Position numbers and translations under genes: made by a program
Notes under the pieces: model-generated
Told to the model about the DNA's origin: nothing
Databases searched by the model: none
What the model saw: only the letters and a program-made list of their open reading frames with translations
Source of the DNA: Eledone cirrhosa
Lineage: Eukaryota
DNA: 64,000 bases
Reading direction: 5' to 3'
NCBI GenBank assembly: GCA_964016885.1
Contig: OZ024742.1
Span: 7,254,001 to 7,318,000 of the forward strand
Part shown: in pieces, positions 35,001 to 50,000 of the stretch
How positions within the stretch are numbered: the first letter of the stretch is position 1
How the letters are laid out: the number at the start of each line of letters is the position of its first letter

Positions 35001-38000
35001 GTTTGTGTCTCTATGTCAATGTATGTGTGTATGTCAATGTATGTGTGTATGTCAATGTATGTGTCTGTATGTCAATGTATGTGTGCATGTCAATGTATGT
35101 CTGTATGTCAATGTATGTGTGTATGTCAATGTATGTGTGTATGTCAATATGTATATGTGTATGTCAATGTTTATGTGTGTGTATGTAAATGTTTATGTGT
35201 GTATGTCAATGTGTGTGTGTCAATGTGTATGGCTATATGTCAATGTTTATGTGTGTATGTCAATGTTTATATGTGCATGTCAATGTTTATGTGTGTATGT
35301 CGATGTTTGTGTCTGTATGTCAATATTTATGTGTGTGTGTATGTCAATGTTTATGTGTGTGTGTATGTCAATGTTTATGTGGGTATCTCAATGTTTGTGT
35401 GTATGTCAGTGTTTATGTGTGCATGTCAATGTTTATGTGTGTATGTCAATGTTTGCGTCTGTATGTCAAACTGTATGTGTGTGTATGTCAATGTTTATAT
35501 GTGTGTATGTCAATGTATGTGTGTGTATGTCAATGTTTATGTCTGTATGTCAATGTTTATGTCTGTATGTCAATGTATGTGTGTGTATGTCAATGTATGC
35601 CTGCATGTCAATGTATGTGTGTATGTCAATGTATGAGTCTGTATGTCAATGTATGTGTGTAGGTCAATGTATGTGTCTGTATATCAATGTATGTATGTAT
35701 GTCAATGTATGTGTGTATGTCAATGTATATGTGTATGTCAATGTATGTGTGTATGTCAATGTATGTGTGTATGTCAAGCCATGTGTGTGTATGTCAATGT
35801 ATATCTGTATGTCAATGTAGGTGTGTATGTCAACGTTTGTCTGTATGTCAATGTATGTGTGTATGTTAATACGTTTGTCTGTATGTCAACGTATGTGTGT
35901 ATGTCAATGTATGTCTGTAACTCAATGTATGTCTGTATGTCAATGTATGTGTGTATGTCAATGTATGTCTGTATGTTAATGTATGTGTGTGTGTCAATGT
36001 AGGTCTGTATGTCAATGTATGTGTGTGTATGTCAACGCTTGTCTATATGTCAATGTATGTGTGTATGTTAATGTATGTTTCTGTATGTCAATGTATGTGT
36101 GTATGTCACTGTATGTGTGTATGTCAATGTATGTATGTACGTCAATGTATGTGTGCATGCCAATGTATGTATGTATGTCAATGTATCTGTGTATGTCAAT
36201 GTTTGTGTCTCTATGTCAATGTATGTGTGTATGTCAATGTATGTGTGTATGTCAATGTATGTGTCTGTATGTCAATATATGTGTGCATGTCAATGTATGT
36301 CTGTATGTCAATGTATATGTGTATGTCAATGTATGTGTGTATGTCAATATATATGTGTATGTCAATGTATGTCTGTATGTCAATGTATGTATGTATGCCA
36401 ATGTATGTGTGTATGTCAATGTTTGTGTGTATGTCAATGTATGTATGTATGTCAATGTATGTGTGTATGTCAATGTATGTGTGTATGTCAATGTATGTCT
36501 TTAAGTCAATGTTTGTGTGTATACAAATTTGTGTGTGTATGTCAATGTATGTATGTCAATGTATGTGTGTATGTCAACGTTTGTGTCTATATGTCAATGT
36601 ATGTGTGTATGTCAATGTATGTGTGTATGTCAATGTATGTGTCTGTATGTCAATGTATGTGTATGTATGTCAATGTATGTGTGCATGTCAATGTATGTTT
36701 GTATGTCAAAGTATGCGTGTATGTCAATGTATGTGTGTATGTCAATATGTATATGTGTATATCAATGTTTATGTGTGTGTATGTAAATGTTTATGTCTGT
36801 ATGTCAATGTGTGTGTGTCAATGTGTATGGCTATATGTCAATGTTTATGTGTGTATGTCAATGTTTATATGTGCATGTCAATGTTTATGTGTGTATGTCG
36901 ATGTTTGTGTTTGTATGTCAGTATTTATGTGTGTGTATGTCAATGTTTATGTGTGTGTATGTCAATGTTTATGTGTGTATGTCAATGTTTGTGTGTATGT
37001 CAATGTTTATGTGTGTATGTTTATGTTTATGTGTGTATGTCAATGTATGTGTGTGTATGTCAATGTGTATGTGTATGTCAATGTTTATGTATGTATGTCA
37101 ATGTCTGTGTGTGTATGTCAATGTGTGTGTATGTATGTCAATGTATGTGTGTATGTCAATATGTATATGTGTATGTCAATGTTTATGTGTGTGTATGTAA
37201 ATGTTTATGTGTGTATGTCAATGTGTATGTGTCAATGTGTATGGCTATATGTCAATGTTTATGTGTGTATGTCAATGTTTATATGTGCATGTCAATGTTT
37301 ATGTGTGTATGTCGATGTTTGTGTCTGTATGTCAGTATTTATGTGTGTGTATGTCAATGTTTATGTGTGTGTATGTCAATGTTTATATGTGTATGTCAAT
37401 GTTTGTGTGTATGTCAATGTTTATGTGTGCATGTCAATGTTTATGTGTGTATGTCAATGTTTGTATCTGTATGTCAAACTTTATGTGTGTGTATGTCAAT
37501 GTTTATGTCTGTGTATGTCAATATATGTGTGTGTATGTCAATGTTTATGTATGTTTGTATGTCAATGTTCATGTGTCTGTCAATGTGTGTATACCAATGT
37601 TTACGTGTGTATGTCAATGTATGTATGTATGACAATGCATGTGTGTTTATGACAATGTTTATGTCTGTGTGTCAATGTTTATGTCTGTATGTCAATGTAT
37701 CTGTGTGTATGTCAATGTATGCCTGCATGTCAATGTATGTGTGTATGTCAATGTGTATGTGTCAATGTGTATGGCTATATGTCAATGTTTATGTGTGTAT
37801 GTCAATGTTTATATGTGCATGTCAATGTTTATGTGTGTATGTCGATGTTTGTGTCTGTATGTCAGTATTTATGTGTGTGTATGTCGATGTTTATGTGTGT
37901 GTATGTCAATGTTTATATGTGTATGTCAATGTTTGTGTGTATGTCAATGTTTATGTGTGCATGTCAATATTTATGTGTGTATGTCAATGTTTGTGTCTGT

Positions 38001-41000
38001 ATGTCAAACTTTATGTGTGTGTATGTCAATGTTTATGTGTGTGTATGTCAATATATGTGTGCGTATGTCAATGTTTATGTATGTTTGTATGTCAATGTTT
38101 ATGTGTCTGTCAATGTGTGTATACCAATGTTTACGTGTGTATGTCAATGTATGTATGTATGACAATGCATGTGTGTTTATGACAATGTTTATGTCTGTGT
38201 GTCAATGTTTATGTCTGTATGTCAATGTATCTGTGTGTATGTCAATGTATGCCTGCATGTCAATGTATGTGTGTATGTCAATGTATGTGTCTGTATGTCA
38301 GTATATGTGTGTAGGTCAATGTATGTGTATGTATATCAATGTATGTATGTATGTCAATGTATGTGTGTATGTCAATGTATATGTGTATGTCAATGTATGT
38401 GTGTATGTCAAGCCATGTGTGTGTGTATGTCAATGCATGAATGTATGTCAATGTATATCTGTATGTCAATGTAGGTGTGTTTGTCAATGTATGTGTGTGT
38501 ATGTCAACGTTTGTCTGTATGTCAATGTATGTGTGTATGTTAATACGTTTGTCTGTATGTCAATGTATGAGTGTATGTCATTGTATGCGTGTATGTCAAT
38601 GTATGTCTGTAACTCAATGTATGTCTGTATGTCAATGTATGTGTGTATGTCAATGTATGTCTGTATGTTAATGTATGTGTGTGTGTCAATGTACGTCTGT
38701 ATGTCAATGTATGTGTGTGTATGTCACAGTTTGTCTATATGTCAATATATGTGTGTATGTTAATGTATGTGTTTGTATGTCAATGTATGTGTGTATGTCA
38801 ATGTTTATGTGTGTATGTTTATGTTTATGTGTGTATGTCAATGTATGTATGTACGTCAATGTATGTGTGCATGCCAATGTATGTCTGTATGTCAATGTAT
38901 GTGTGTATGTCAATGTATGTGTGTATGTCAATGTATGTCTTTAAGTCAATGTTTGTGTGTATATAAATTATGTGTGTATGTCAATGTATGTATGTATGTC
39001 AATGTATGTGTGTATGTCAATGTTTGTGTCTCTATGCCAATGTATGTGTGTATGTCAATGTATGTGTCTGTATATCAATGTATGTGTGCATGTCAATGTA
39101 TGTCTGTATGTCAATGTATGTGTGTATGTCAATGTATGTGTGTATGTCAATATTTATATGTGTATGTCAATGTTTATGTGTGTGTATGTCAATGATTGAG
39201 TGTATGTCAATGTTTATGTGTGCATGTCAATGTTTATGTGTGTATGTCAATGTTTGTGTCTGTATGTCAATGTTTATGTGTCTGTCAATGTTGATGTGTG
39301 TATGCCAATATTTACGTGTGTATGTCAATGTATGTATGTATGACAATGCATGTGTGTTTATGACAATCTTTATGTCTGTGTGTCAATGTATGTGTGTACG
39401 TCTATGTTTATGTCTGTATGTCAATGTATGTGAGTATGTCAATGTATGCCTGCATGTCAATGTATGTGTGTATGTCAATGTATGAGTCTGTATGTCAATT
39501 TATGTGTGTAGGTCAATGTATGTGTCTGTATATCAATGTATGTATGTATGTCAATGTATATGTGTATGTCAATGTATGAGTGTATGTCAATGTATGTGTG
39601 TATGTCAAGCCATGTCTGTGTATGTCAATGTATATCTGTATGTCAATGTAGGTGTGTTTGTCAATATATGTATGTATGTCAATGTACGTCTGTATGTGAA
39701 TGTATGTGTGTGTATGTCAACGTTTGTCTGTATGTCAATGTATGTGTGTATGTTAATACGTTTGTCTGTATGTCAATGTATGTCTGTAACTCAATGTATG
39801 TCTGTATGTCAATGTATGTGTGTATGTCAATGTATGTCTGTATGTTAATGTATGTGTGTGTGTCAATGTAGGTCTGTATGTCAATGTATATGTGTGTATG
39901 TCAACGTTTGTCTATATGTCAATGTATGTGTGTATGTTAATGTATGTGTCTGTATGTCACTGTATGTGTGTATGTCAATGTATGTATGTACGTCAATGTA
40001 TGTGCGCATGCCAATGTATGTCTGTATGTCAATGTATGTGTGTATGTCAATGTTTGTGTCTCTATGTCAATGTATGTGTGTATATCAATGTATGTGTGTA
40101 TGTCAATGTATATGTCTGTATGTCAATGTATGTGTGCATATCAATGTATGTCTGTATGTCAATGTATGTGTGTATGTCAATGTATGTGTGTATGTCAATA
40201 TATATGTGTATGTCAGTGTATGTGTGTATGACAATGTATGTCTGTGTGCCAATGTATGTGTGTATGTCAATGTTTGTGTGTATGTCAATGTATGTCTGTA
40301 TGTCAATGTATGTGTCTATATATCAATGTATGTGTGCATGTCAATGTATGTGTGTATGTCAAATATGTGTGTATGTCAATGTATATGCGTATGTCAATGT
40401 ATGAGTGTATGTCAATGTATATCTGTATGTCAATGTATGTGTGTATGTCAATGTATGTGTGTATGTCAATGTATGTGCGTATGTCAATGTATGTGTCTGT
40501 ATGTCATTGTATGTGTGTATGTCAATGTATGTGTGTGTATGTCAATGTATGTGTGTATGTCAATGTATGTATGTATGTCAATGTATGTGTGTATGTCAAT
40601 GTATGTCTGTATGCCAACGTATGTGTGTATGTCAATGTATGTCTGTATGTCAATGTATGTGTGTGTATGTCTGTGTTTGTCTGTATGTCAATGTATGGGT
40701 ATGTATATCAATGTATGTGTGTATGTCAATGTATTAGTGTATGTCAATGTATGTGTGTATGTCAATGTATGTGTGTATGTCTATGTATATGTGTATGTCA
40801 ATGTATGGGTGTATGTCAATGTATGTCTGTATGTCAAGGTATGCGTGTATGTCAATGTATGTCTGTATGTCAATGTATGTATGTATGTCAAAGCATGTGT
40901 GTGTATGTCAATGTTTGTCTGTATCTCAATGTATGTGAGTATATCAATGTATGTGTCTGTATGTCAATGTATGTGTCTATGTCAAGGTATGTGTTTACGT

Positions 41001-44000
41001 CAATATATGTGTGTATGTCAATGTATGTATGCATATCACTGTATGTGTGCATGCCAATGTATGACTGTATGGCAATGTATGTGTGTATGTCAATGCATGT
41101 GTCTGAATGTCAGTGTCTGTGTGTATATCAATGTATATGTGTATGTCAATGTATGTCTGTAAGTCAATGTATATGTGTATGTCAATTAATGTGTGTATGT
41201 CAATGTATGTGTGTATGTCAATGTATGTGTCTGTATATCAATGTATGTGTGTATGTCAATGTATGTGTATATGTCAATGTATGTGTGCATGTCAATGTAT
41301 GTGTGTATGTCAAATATGTGTGTATGTCAATGTATATGCGTATGTCAATGTATGAATGTATGTCAATGTATGTGTGTATGTCAAGCTATATGTGTATATG
41401 TCAATGCATGAGTGTATGTCAATGTATATCTGCATGTCAATGTATGTGTGTATGTCAATGTATGTGCGTATGTCAATGTATGTGTCTGTATGTCATTGTA
41501 TGCGTGTATGTCAATGTATGTGTGTGTATGTCAATGTATGTGTGTATGTCAATGTATGTGTGTATGTCAATATATGTATGTATGTCAATGTATGTGTGTA
41601 TGTCAATGCATGTATGTTACTCAATGTTTGTGTGTATGTCAACGTATGTCTGTATGTGAATGTATGTCTGTATGTCAATGTATGTGTGTTTATGTCTGTG
41701 TTTGTCTGTATGTCAATGTATGTGTCTGTATATCAATGTATGTGTGTATGTCAATGTATTAGTGTATGTCAACGTATGTGTGCATGTCAAGCTATGTGTG
41801 TGTATGTCAATGCATGATTGTATGTCAATGTACGTGTGTATGTCAATGTATGTGTGTATGTCGATGTAAGTGTGTATGTCAATGTATGTCTGTATGTCAA
41901 TGTATGTCTGTATGTCAATGTATGTGTGTATATCAATTTATGTGTGTATGTCAATGTATGTCTGTAACTCAATGCATGTGTGTATGTCAATGTATGTCTG
42001 TAGGTCAATGTATGTGTGTGTATATCGATGTTTGTCTGTATGTCAATGTATGTGTCTATGTCAATGTATGTGTGCATGCCAATGTATGTCTGTATGTCAA
42101 TGTATGTATGTATGCCAATGGATGTGTGTATGTCAATGGTTGTCTGTAAGTCAATGTATATGTGTAGGTTAATTTAGGTGTGTATGTCAATGTATGTCTT
42201 ATGTCAATGTATGTGTGTATGTGAATGCATGTGTCTGAATGTCAAAGTTTGTGTGTATGTCAATGTATGTGTGTATGTCAATGTATGTGTGTATGTCAAT
42301 GTATGTGTGTATGTCAATGTATGTCTGTATGTCAATGTATGTGTGTATGTCAATGTATGTGTGTATGTCAATGTATATGTGTATGTCAACGTATGGGTGT
42401 ATGTCAATGTATGTATGTATGTCAATGTATGTGTGTATGTAAATGTATGTGTGTATGTCAATGTATGTCTGTATGTCAAAGCATGTGTGTGTATGTGAAT
42501 GTTTGTCTGTATGTCAATGTATGTGTGTATATCAATGTATGTGTCTGTATGTCAACGTATGTGTCTATGTCAAGGTATGTGTTTATGTCAATATATGTGT
42601 GTATGTCAATATATGTCTGTATGTCAATATATGTTTGTATGTCAATGTATGTGTGCATGCCAATGTATGACTGCATGGCAATGTATGTGTGTATGTCAAT
42701 GCATGTGTCTGAATGTCAGTGTCTGTGTGTATGTCAATGTATGTGTGTATGTCAATGTATGTCTGTATGTCAATGTATGTGTGTATGTCAATGTATGTGT
42801 CTGTATATCAATGTATGTGTGTATGTCAATGTATGTGTATATGTCAATGTATGTGTGTATGTCAATGTATGTCTGTATGTCAATGTGTGTGTCTGTATGT
42901 CAATTTATGTGTGTATGTCAATGTAAGACTGTATGTCAATGTATGTCTGTATGTCAATGTATGTGTGTATGTGTGTATGTCAATGTATATGTGTATGTCA
43001 ATGTATGTGTGTATGTCAAATATGTGTGTATGTCAATGTATATGCGTATGTCAATGTATGAGTGTATGTCAATGTATCTGTGTATTTCAAGCTATATGTG
43101 TATATGTCAATGCATGAGTGTATGTCAATGTATGTCTGTATGTCAATGTATGTGTGTATGTCAATGTATGTGCGTATTTCAATGTATGTGTCTTTTATGT
43201 CATTGTATGTGTGTATGTCAATGTATGTGTGTGTATGTCAATGTATGTGTGTATGTCAATGTATGTCTGTATGTCAATGTATGTGTGTATGTCAATGTAT
43301 GTCTGTAACTCAATGTTTGTGTGTATGTCAATGTATGTCTGTATGTGAATCTATGTATGTATGTCAGTGTATGTGTGTGTATGTCTGTGTTTTTCTGTAT
43401 GTCAATGTATGTGTCTGTATATCAATGTATGTGTGTATGTCAATGTATGTGTGTATGTCAAGCTATGTGTGTGTATGTCAATGCATGATTGTATGTCAAT
43501 GCATATCTTTATGTCTATGTATGTGTGTATGTCAATGTATGTGTGTATATCAATTTATGTGTGTATGTCAATGTATGTCTGTAACTCAATGTATGTGTGT
43601 ATGTCAATGTATGTCTGTATGTCAATGTATGTGTGTGTATATCAATATTTGTCATTATGTCAATGTATGTGTCTATGTCAATGTATGTGTGTATGTCAAT
43701 GTATGTGTGCATGCCAATGTATGTCTGTATGACTATGTATGTATGCCAATGGATGTGTGTATGTCAATGGATGTCTGTAAGTCAATGTATATGTGTATGT
43801 TAATTTATGTGTGTATGTCAATGTTTGTCTGTATGTGAATGTATGTGTGTATGTCAATGCATGTGTCTGAATGTCAATGTCTGTGTGTATGTCAATGTAT
43901 GTATGTATGTCAATGTATGTGTGTATGTCAATGCATGTGTCTGAATGTCAATGTCTGTGTGTATGTCAATGTATGTGTGTATGTCAATGTATATGTGTAT

Positions 44001-47000
44001 GTCAATGTATGTGTATATGTCAATGTATGTGTGCATGTCATTGTATGTGTGTATGTCAACGTATATGTGTATGTCAATGTATGTGAGTATGTCAATGTAT
44101 GTGTGTATGTCAATGTATGTATGTATGTATGTATGTCAATGTATGTGTCTGTATATCAATGTATGTGTGTATGTTAATGCATGTGTGTATGTCAATGTAT
44201 GTGTCTGTATGTCAATGTAAGCGTGTATGTCAATGTATGTGTGTATGTCGATGTATGTGTGTATATCAATGTATGTCTGTATGTCAATAAATGTGTGTAT
44301 GTCAATGTATGTGTCTGTATGTCAATATATGTGTGTATGTCAATGTATGTATGTATGTCAATTTATGTGCGTATGTCAATGTATGGGTGTATGTCAATGT
44401 ATGTGTGTATGTCAATGTTTCTGTGTATGTCAATGTATGTGTATGTATGTCAATGTATGTCTGTATGTCAATATATGTGCGTATGTCTATGTATGTGAAT
44501 GTATGTGTGTATGTCAATGTATGTGTGTGTATGTCAATGTTTGTCTGTATGTCAATGTATGCCTGCATGTCAATGTATGTGTGTATGTCAATGTATGCCT
44601 GTATGTCAATGTATATGTGTATGTCAATGTATATATGTATGTCAATGTAGGTGTGTATGTCAATGTATATCTGTAAGTCAATATATATGTGTATGTCAAT
44701 TTATGTGTGTATGTCTATGTATGTCTGTATGTCAATGTATGTGTGTATGTCAATGTATGTGTGTATTTCAATGAATGTCTGTATATCAATGTATGTGTCT
44801 GTATATCAATGTACGTGTGTATGTCAATGTATGTGTGTATGTCAATGTATGTCTGTAAGTCAATGTATATGTGTATGTCAAGTTATGTGTGTATGTCAAT
44901 GTAAGTCTGTATGTCAATGTATGTCTGTATGTCAATGTATGTGCGTATGTCAATGTATGTGTCTGTATGTCAATGTATGTGTGCATGCCAATGTATGTCT
45001 GTATGCCAATGTATATGTGTATGTTAATGTACGTGTGTATGTCAATGTATGTCTGTATGTCAATGTATGTGTGTATGTCAATGTATGTATCTGTATGTCA
45101 ATGTAAGTGTGTATGTCGATGTATGTGTGTATGTCAATGTATGTTTTTATGTCACTGTATGTATGTATGTCAATGTATGTGTATGTATGTCAATGTATGT
45201 CTGTATGTCAATGAATGTCAGTATATCAATGTATGTGCCTGTATATCAATGTATGTGTGTATGTCAATGTATGGGTGTATGTCAATATATATGTCTATGT
45301 CAATGTATGTCTGTATGTCTATGTATGTCTGTATGTCAATGTATGTGTGTATGTCAATGTATGTTTGTATGTCAATGTATGTGTGTATGTCAATGTATGT
45401 GTGTATGTCAATGTATGTATGTCAATGTATGTCTGTAAGTCAATGTATATGTGTATGTCAATTTATGTGTGTATGTCTATGTATGTCTGTATGTCAATGT
45501 ATAAATCTGTATGTCAATGTATGTGTGTATGTCAATGTATGTGTGTACTTCAATGTATGTGTGTATTTCAATGTATGGGTGTATGTAAATGTATGTCAGT
45601 ATGTCAATGTATGTGTTTATATCAATGTATGTGTGTATGTCAATGTATGGGTGTTGTTCAACGTATATATCTGTGTCAATGTATGTCTCTATGTCAATGT
45701 ATGTGTGTATGTCAATGTATGTCTGTGTCAATGTATGTGTGTATGTTAATGTATGTGTGTATGTCAATGTATGTATGTATGTCAATGTATGTGTGTATGT
45801 CAATGTATGTATCTGTATGTCAATGTAAGTGTGTATGTCGATGTATGTGTGTATGTCAATGTATGTTTTTATGTCACTGTATGTATGTATGTCAATGTAT
45901 GTGTATGTATGTCAATGTATGTCTGTATGTCAATGAATGTCAGTATATCAATGTATGTGTCTGTATATCAATGTATGTGTGAATGTCAATGTATGGGTGT
46001 ATGACAATATATATGTCTATGTCAATGTATGTCTGTATGTCAATGTATGTGTGTATGTCAATGTATGTTTGTATGTCAATGTATGTGTGTATGTCAATGT
46101 ATGTGTGTAAGTCAATGTATGTATGTCAATGTATGTCTGTAAGTAAATGTATATGTGTATGTCAATTTATGTGTGTATGTCAATGTATGTCTGTATGTCA
46201 ATGTATGTGTGTATGTCAGTGTATGTGTCTGTATGTCAATGTATGTGTGTATGTCAATGTATGTGTGTACGTCAATGTATGTCTGTATGTCAATGTATGT
46301 GTTTATGTCAATGTATGTGTATGTATGTCCATTAATGTCTGTATGTCAATGTATCTGTGTATGTCAATGTATGTGTCTGTATGTCAATGTAAGTGTGTAT
46401 GTCAATGTATGTGTATATGTCAATGTATGTCTGTATGTCAATGTATGTGTGTATGTCAATGTATGTATCTGTATGTCAATGTAAGTGTGTATGTCGATGT
46501 ATGTGTGTATGTCAATGTATGTTTTTATGTCACTGTATGTATGTATGTCAATGTATGTGTATGTATGTCAATGTATATCTGTATGTCAATGAATTTCAGT
46601 ATATCAATGTATGTGTCTGTATATCAATGTATGTGTGTATGTCAATGTATGGGTGTATGACAATATATATGTCTATGTCAATGTATGTCTGTATGTCAAT
46701 GTATGTGTGTATGTCAATGTATGTTTGTATGTCAATGTATGTGTGTATGTCAATGTATGTGTGTATGTCAATGTATGTATGTCAATGTATGTTTGTAAGT
46801 CAATGTATATGTGTATGTCAATTTATGTGTGTATGTCAATGTATGTCTGTATGTCAATGTATGTGTGTATGTCAGTGTATGTGTCTGTATGTCAATGTAT
46901 GTGTGTATGTCAATGTATGTGTGTACGTCAATGTATGTCTGTATGTCAATGTATGTGTTTATGTCAATGTATGTGTATGTATGCCAATTAATGTATGTAT

Positions 47001-50000
47001 GTCAATGTATCTGTGTATGTCAATGTATGTGTCTGTATGTCAATGTAAGTGTGTATGTCAATGTATGTGTATATGTCAATGTATGTCTGTATGTCAATGT
47101 ATGTGTGTATGTCAATGTATGTTTATGTATGTCATCTTATGTTTGTATGTCAATGTATGTGTGTATGTCAATGTATGTGTATATGTCAATGTATGTCTGT
47201 AACTCAATGTATGTGTGTATATCAATGTATGTCTGTATGTGAATGTATGTATGTATGTCACTGTAAGTGTCTATGTCAATGTATGTGTGTATGTCAATGT
47301 ATGTTTGTATGTCAATGTATGTATGTCAATGTATGTGTGTATGTCAATGTATGTGTGTGTATGTCAATGTATGTCTGTATGTCAATGCATGTATGTTACT
47401 CAATGTTTGTGTGTATGTCAACGTATGTCTGTATGTGAATGTATGTCTGTATGTCAATGTATGTGTGTTTATGTCTGTGTTTGTCTGTATGTCAATGTAT
47501 GTGTCTGTATATCAATGTATGTGTGTATGTCAATGTATTAGTGTATGTCAACGTATGTGTGCATGTCAAGCTATGTGTGTGTATGTCAATGCATGATTGT
47601 ATGTCAATGTACGTGTGTATGTCAATGTATGTGTGTATGTCGATGTAAGTGTGTATGTCAATGTATGTCTGTATGTCAATGTATGTCTGTATGTCAATGT
47701 ATGTGTGTATATCAATTTATGTGTGTATGTCAATGTATGTCTGTAACTCAATGCATGTGTGTATGTCAATGTATGTCTGTAGGTCAATGTATGTGTGTGT
47801 ATATCGATGTTTGTCTGTATGTCAATGTATGTGTCTATGTCAATGTATGTGTGCATGCCAATGTATGTCTGTATGTCAATGTATGTGTGTATGCCAATGG
47901 ATGTGTGTATGTCAATGGATGTCTGTAAGTCAATGTATATGTGTAGGTTAATTTAGGTGTGTATGTCAATGTATGTCTTATGTCAATGTATGTGTGTATG
48001 TGAATGCATGTGTCTGAATGTCAAAGTTTGTGTGTATGTCAATGTATGTGTGTATGTCAATGTATGTGTGTATGTCAATGTATGTGTGTATGTCAATGTA
48101 TGTCTGTATGTCAATGTATGTGTGTATGTCAATGTATGTGTGTATGTCAATGTATATGTGTATGTCAACGTATGGGTGTATGTCAATGTATGTATGTATG
48201 TCAATGTATGTGTGTATGTAAATGTATGTGTGTATGTCAATGTATGTCTGTATGTCAAAGCATGTGTGTGTATGTGAATGTTTGTCTGTATGTCAATGTA
48301 TGTGTGTATATCAATGTATGTGTCTGTATGTCAACGTATGTGTCTATGTCAAGGTATGTGTTTATGTCAATATATGTGTGTATGTCAATATATGTCTGTA
48401 TGTCAATATATGTTTGTATGTCAATGTATGTGTGCATGCCAATGTATGACTGCATGGCAATGTATGTGTGTATGTCAATGCATGTGTCTGAATGTCAGTG
48501 TCTGTGTGTATGTCAATGTATGTGTGTATGTCAATGTATGTCTGTATGTCAATGTATGTGTGTATGTCAATGTATGTGTCTGTATATCAATGTATGTGTG
48601 TATGTCAATGTATGTGTATATGTCAATGTATGTGTGTATGTCAATGTATGTCTGTATGTCAATGTGTGTGTCTGTATGTCAATTTATGTGTGTATGTCAA
48701 TGTAAGACTGTATGTCAATGTATGTCTGTATGTCAATGTATGTGTGTATGTGTGTATGTCAATGTATATGTGTATGTCAATGTATGTGTGTATGTCAAAT
48801 ATGTGTGTATGTCAATGTATATGCGTATGTCAATGTATGAGTGTATGTCAATGTATCTGTGTATTTCAAGCTATATGTGTATATGTCAATGCATGAGTGT
48901 ATGTCAATGTATGTCTGTATGTCAATGTATGTGTGTATGTCAATGTATGTGCGTATGTCAATGTATGTGTCTTTTATGTCATTGTATGTGTGTATGTCAA
49001 TGTATGTGTGTGTATGTCAATGTATGTGTGTATGTCAATGTATGTCTGTATGTCAATGTATGTGTGTATGTCAATGTATGTCTGTAACTCAATGTTTGTG
49101 TGTATGTCAATGTATGTCTGTATGTGAATCTATGTATGTATGTCAGTGTATGTGTGTGTATGTCTGTGTTTTTCTGTATGTCAATGTATGTGTCTGTATA
49201 TCAATGTATGTGTGTATGTCAATGTATGTGTGTATGTCAAGCTATGTGTGTGTATGTCAATGCATGATTGTATGTCAATGCATATCTTTATGTCTATGTA
49301 TGTGTGTATGTCAATGTATGTGCGTATGTCAATGTATGTGTCTATTTGTCAATGTACGTGTGTATGTCAATGTATGTATGTATGTCGATGTAAGTATGTA
49401 TGTCAATTTATGTCTGTATGTCAATGTATTGTGTATGTCAATGTATGTCTGTATGTCAATGTATGTGTGTATATCAATTTATGTGTGTATGTCAATGTAT
49501 GTCTGTAACTCAATGTATGTGTGTATGTCAATGTATGTCTGTATGTCAATGTATGTGTGTGTATATCAATATTTGTCATTATGTCAATGTATGTGTCTAT
49601 GTCAATGTATGTGTGTATGTCAATGTATGTGTGCATGCCAATGTATGTCTGTATGACTATGTATGTATGCCAATGGATGTGTGTATGTCAATGGATGTCT
49701 GTAAGTCAATGTATATGTGTATGTTAATTTATGTGTGTATGTCAATGTTTGTCTGTATGTGAATGTATGTGTGTATGTCAATGCATGTGTCTGAATGTCA
49801 ATGTCTGTGTGTATGTCAATGTATGTATGTATGTCAATGTATGTGTGTATGTCAATGCATGTGTCTGAATGTCAATGTCTGTGTGTATGTCAATGTATGT
49901 GTGTGTGTCAATGTATATGTGTATGTCAATGTATGTGTATATGTCAATGTATGTGTGCATGTCATTGTATGTGTGTATGTCAACGTATATGTGTATGTCA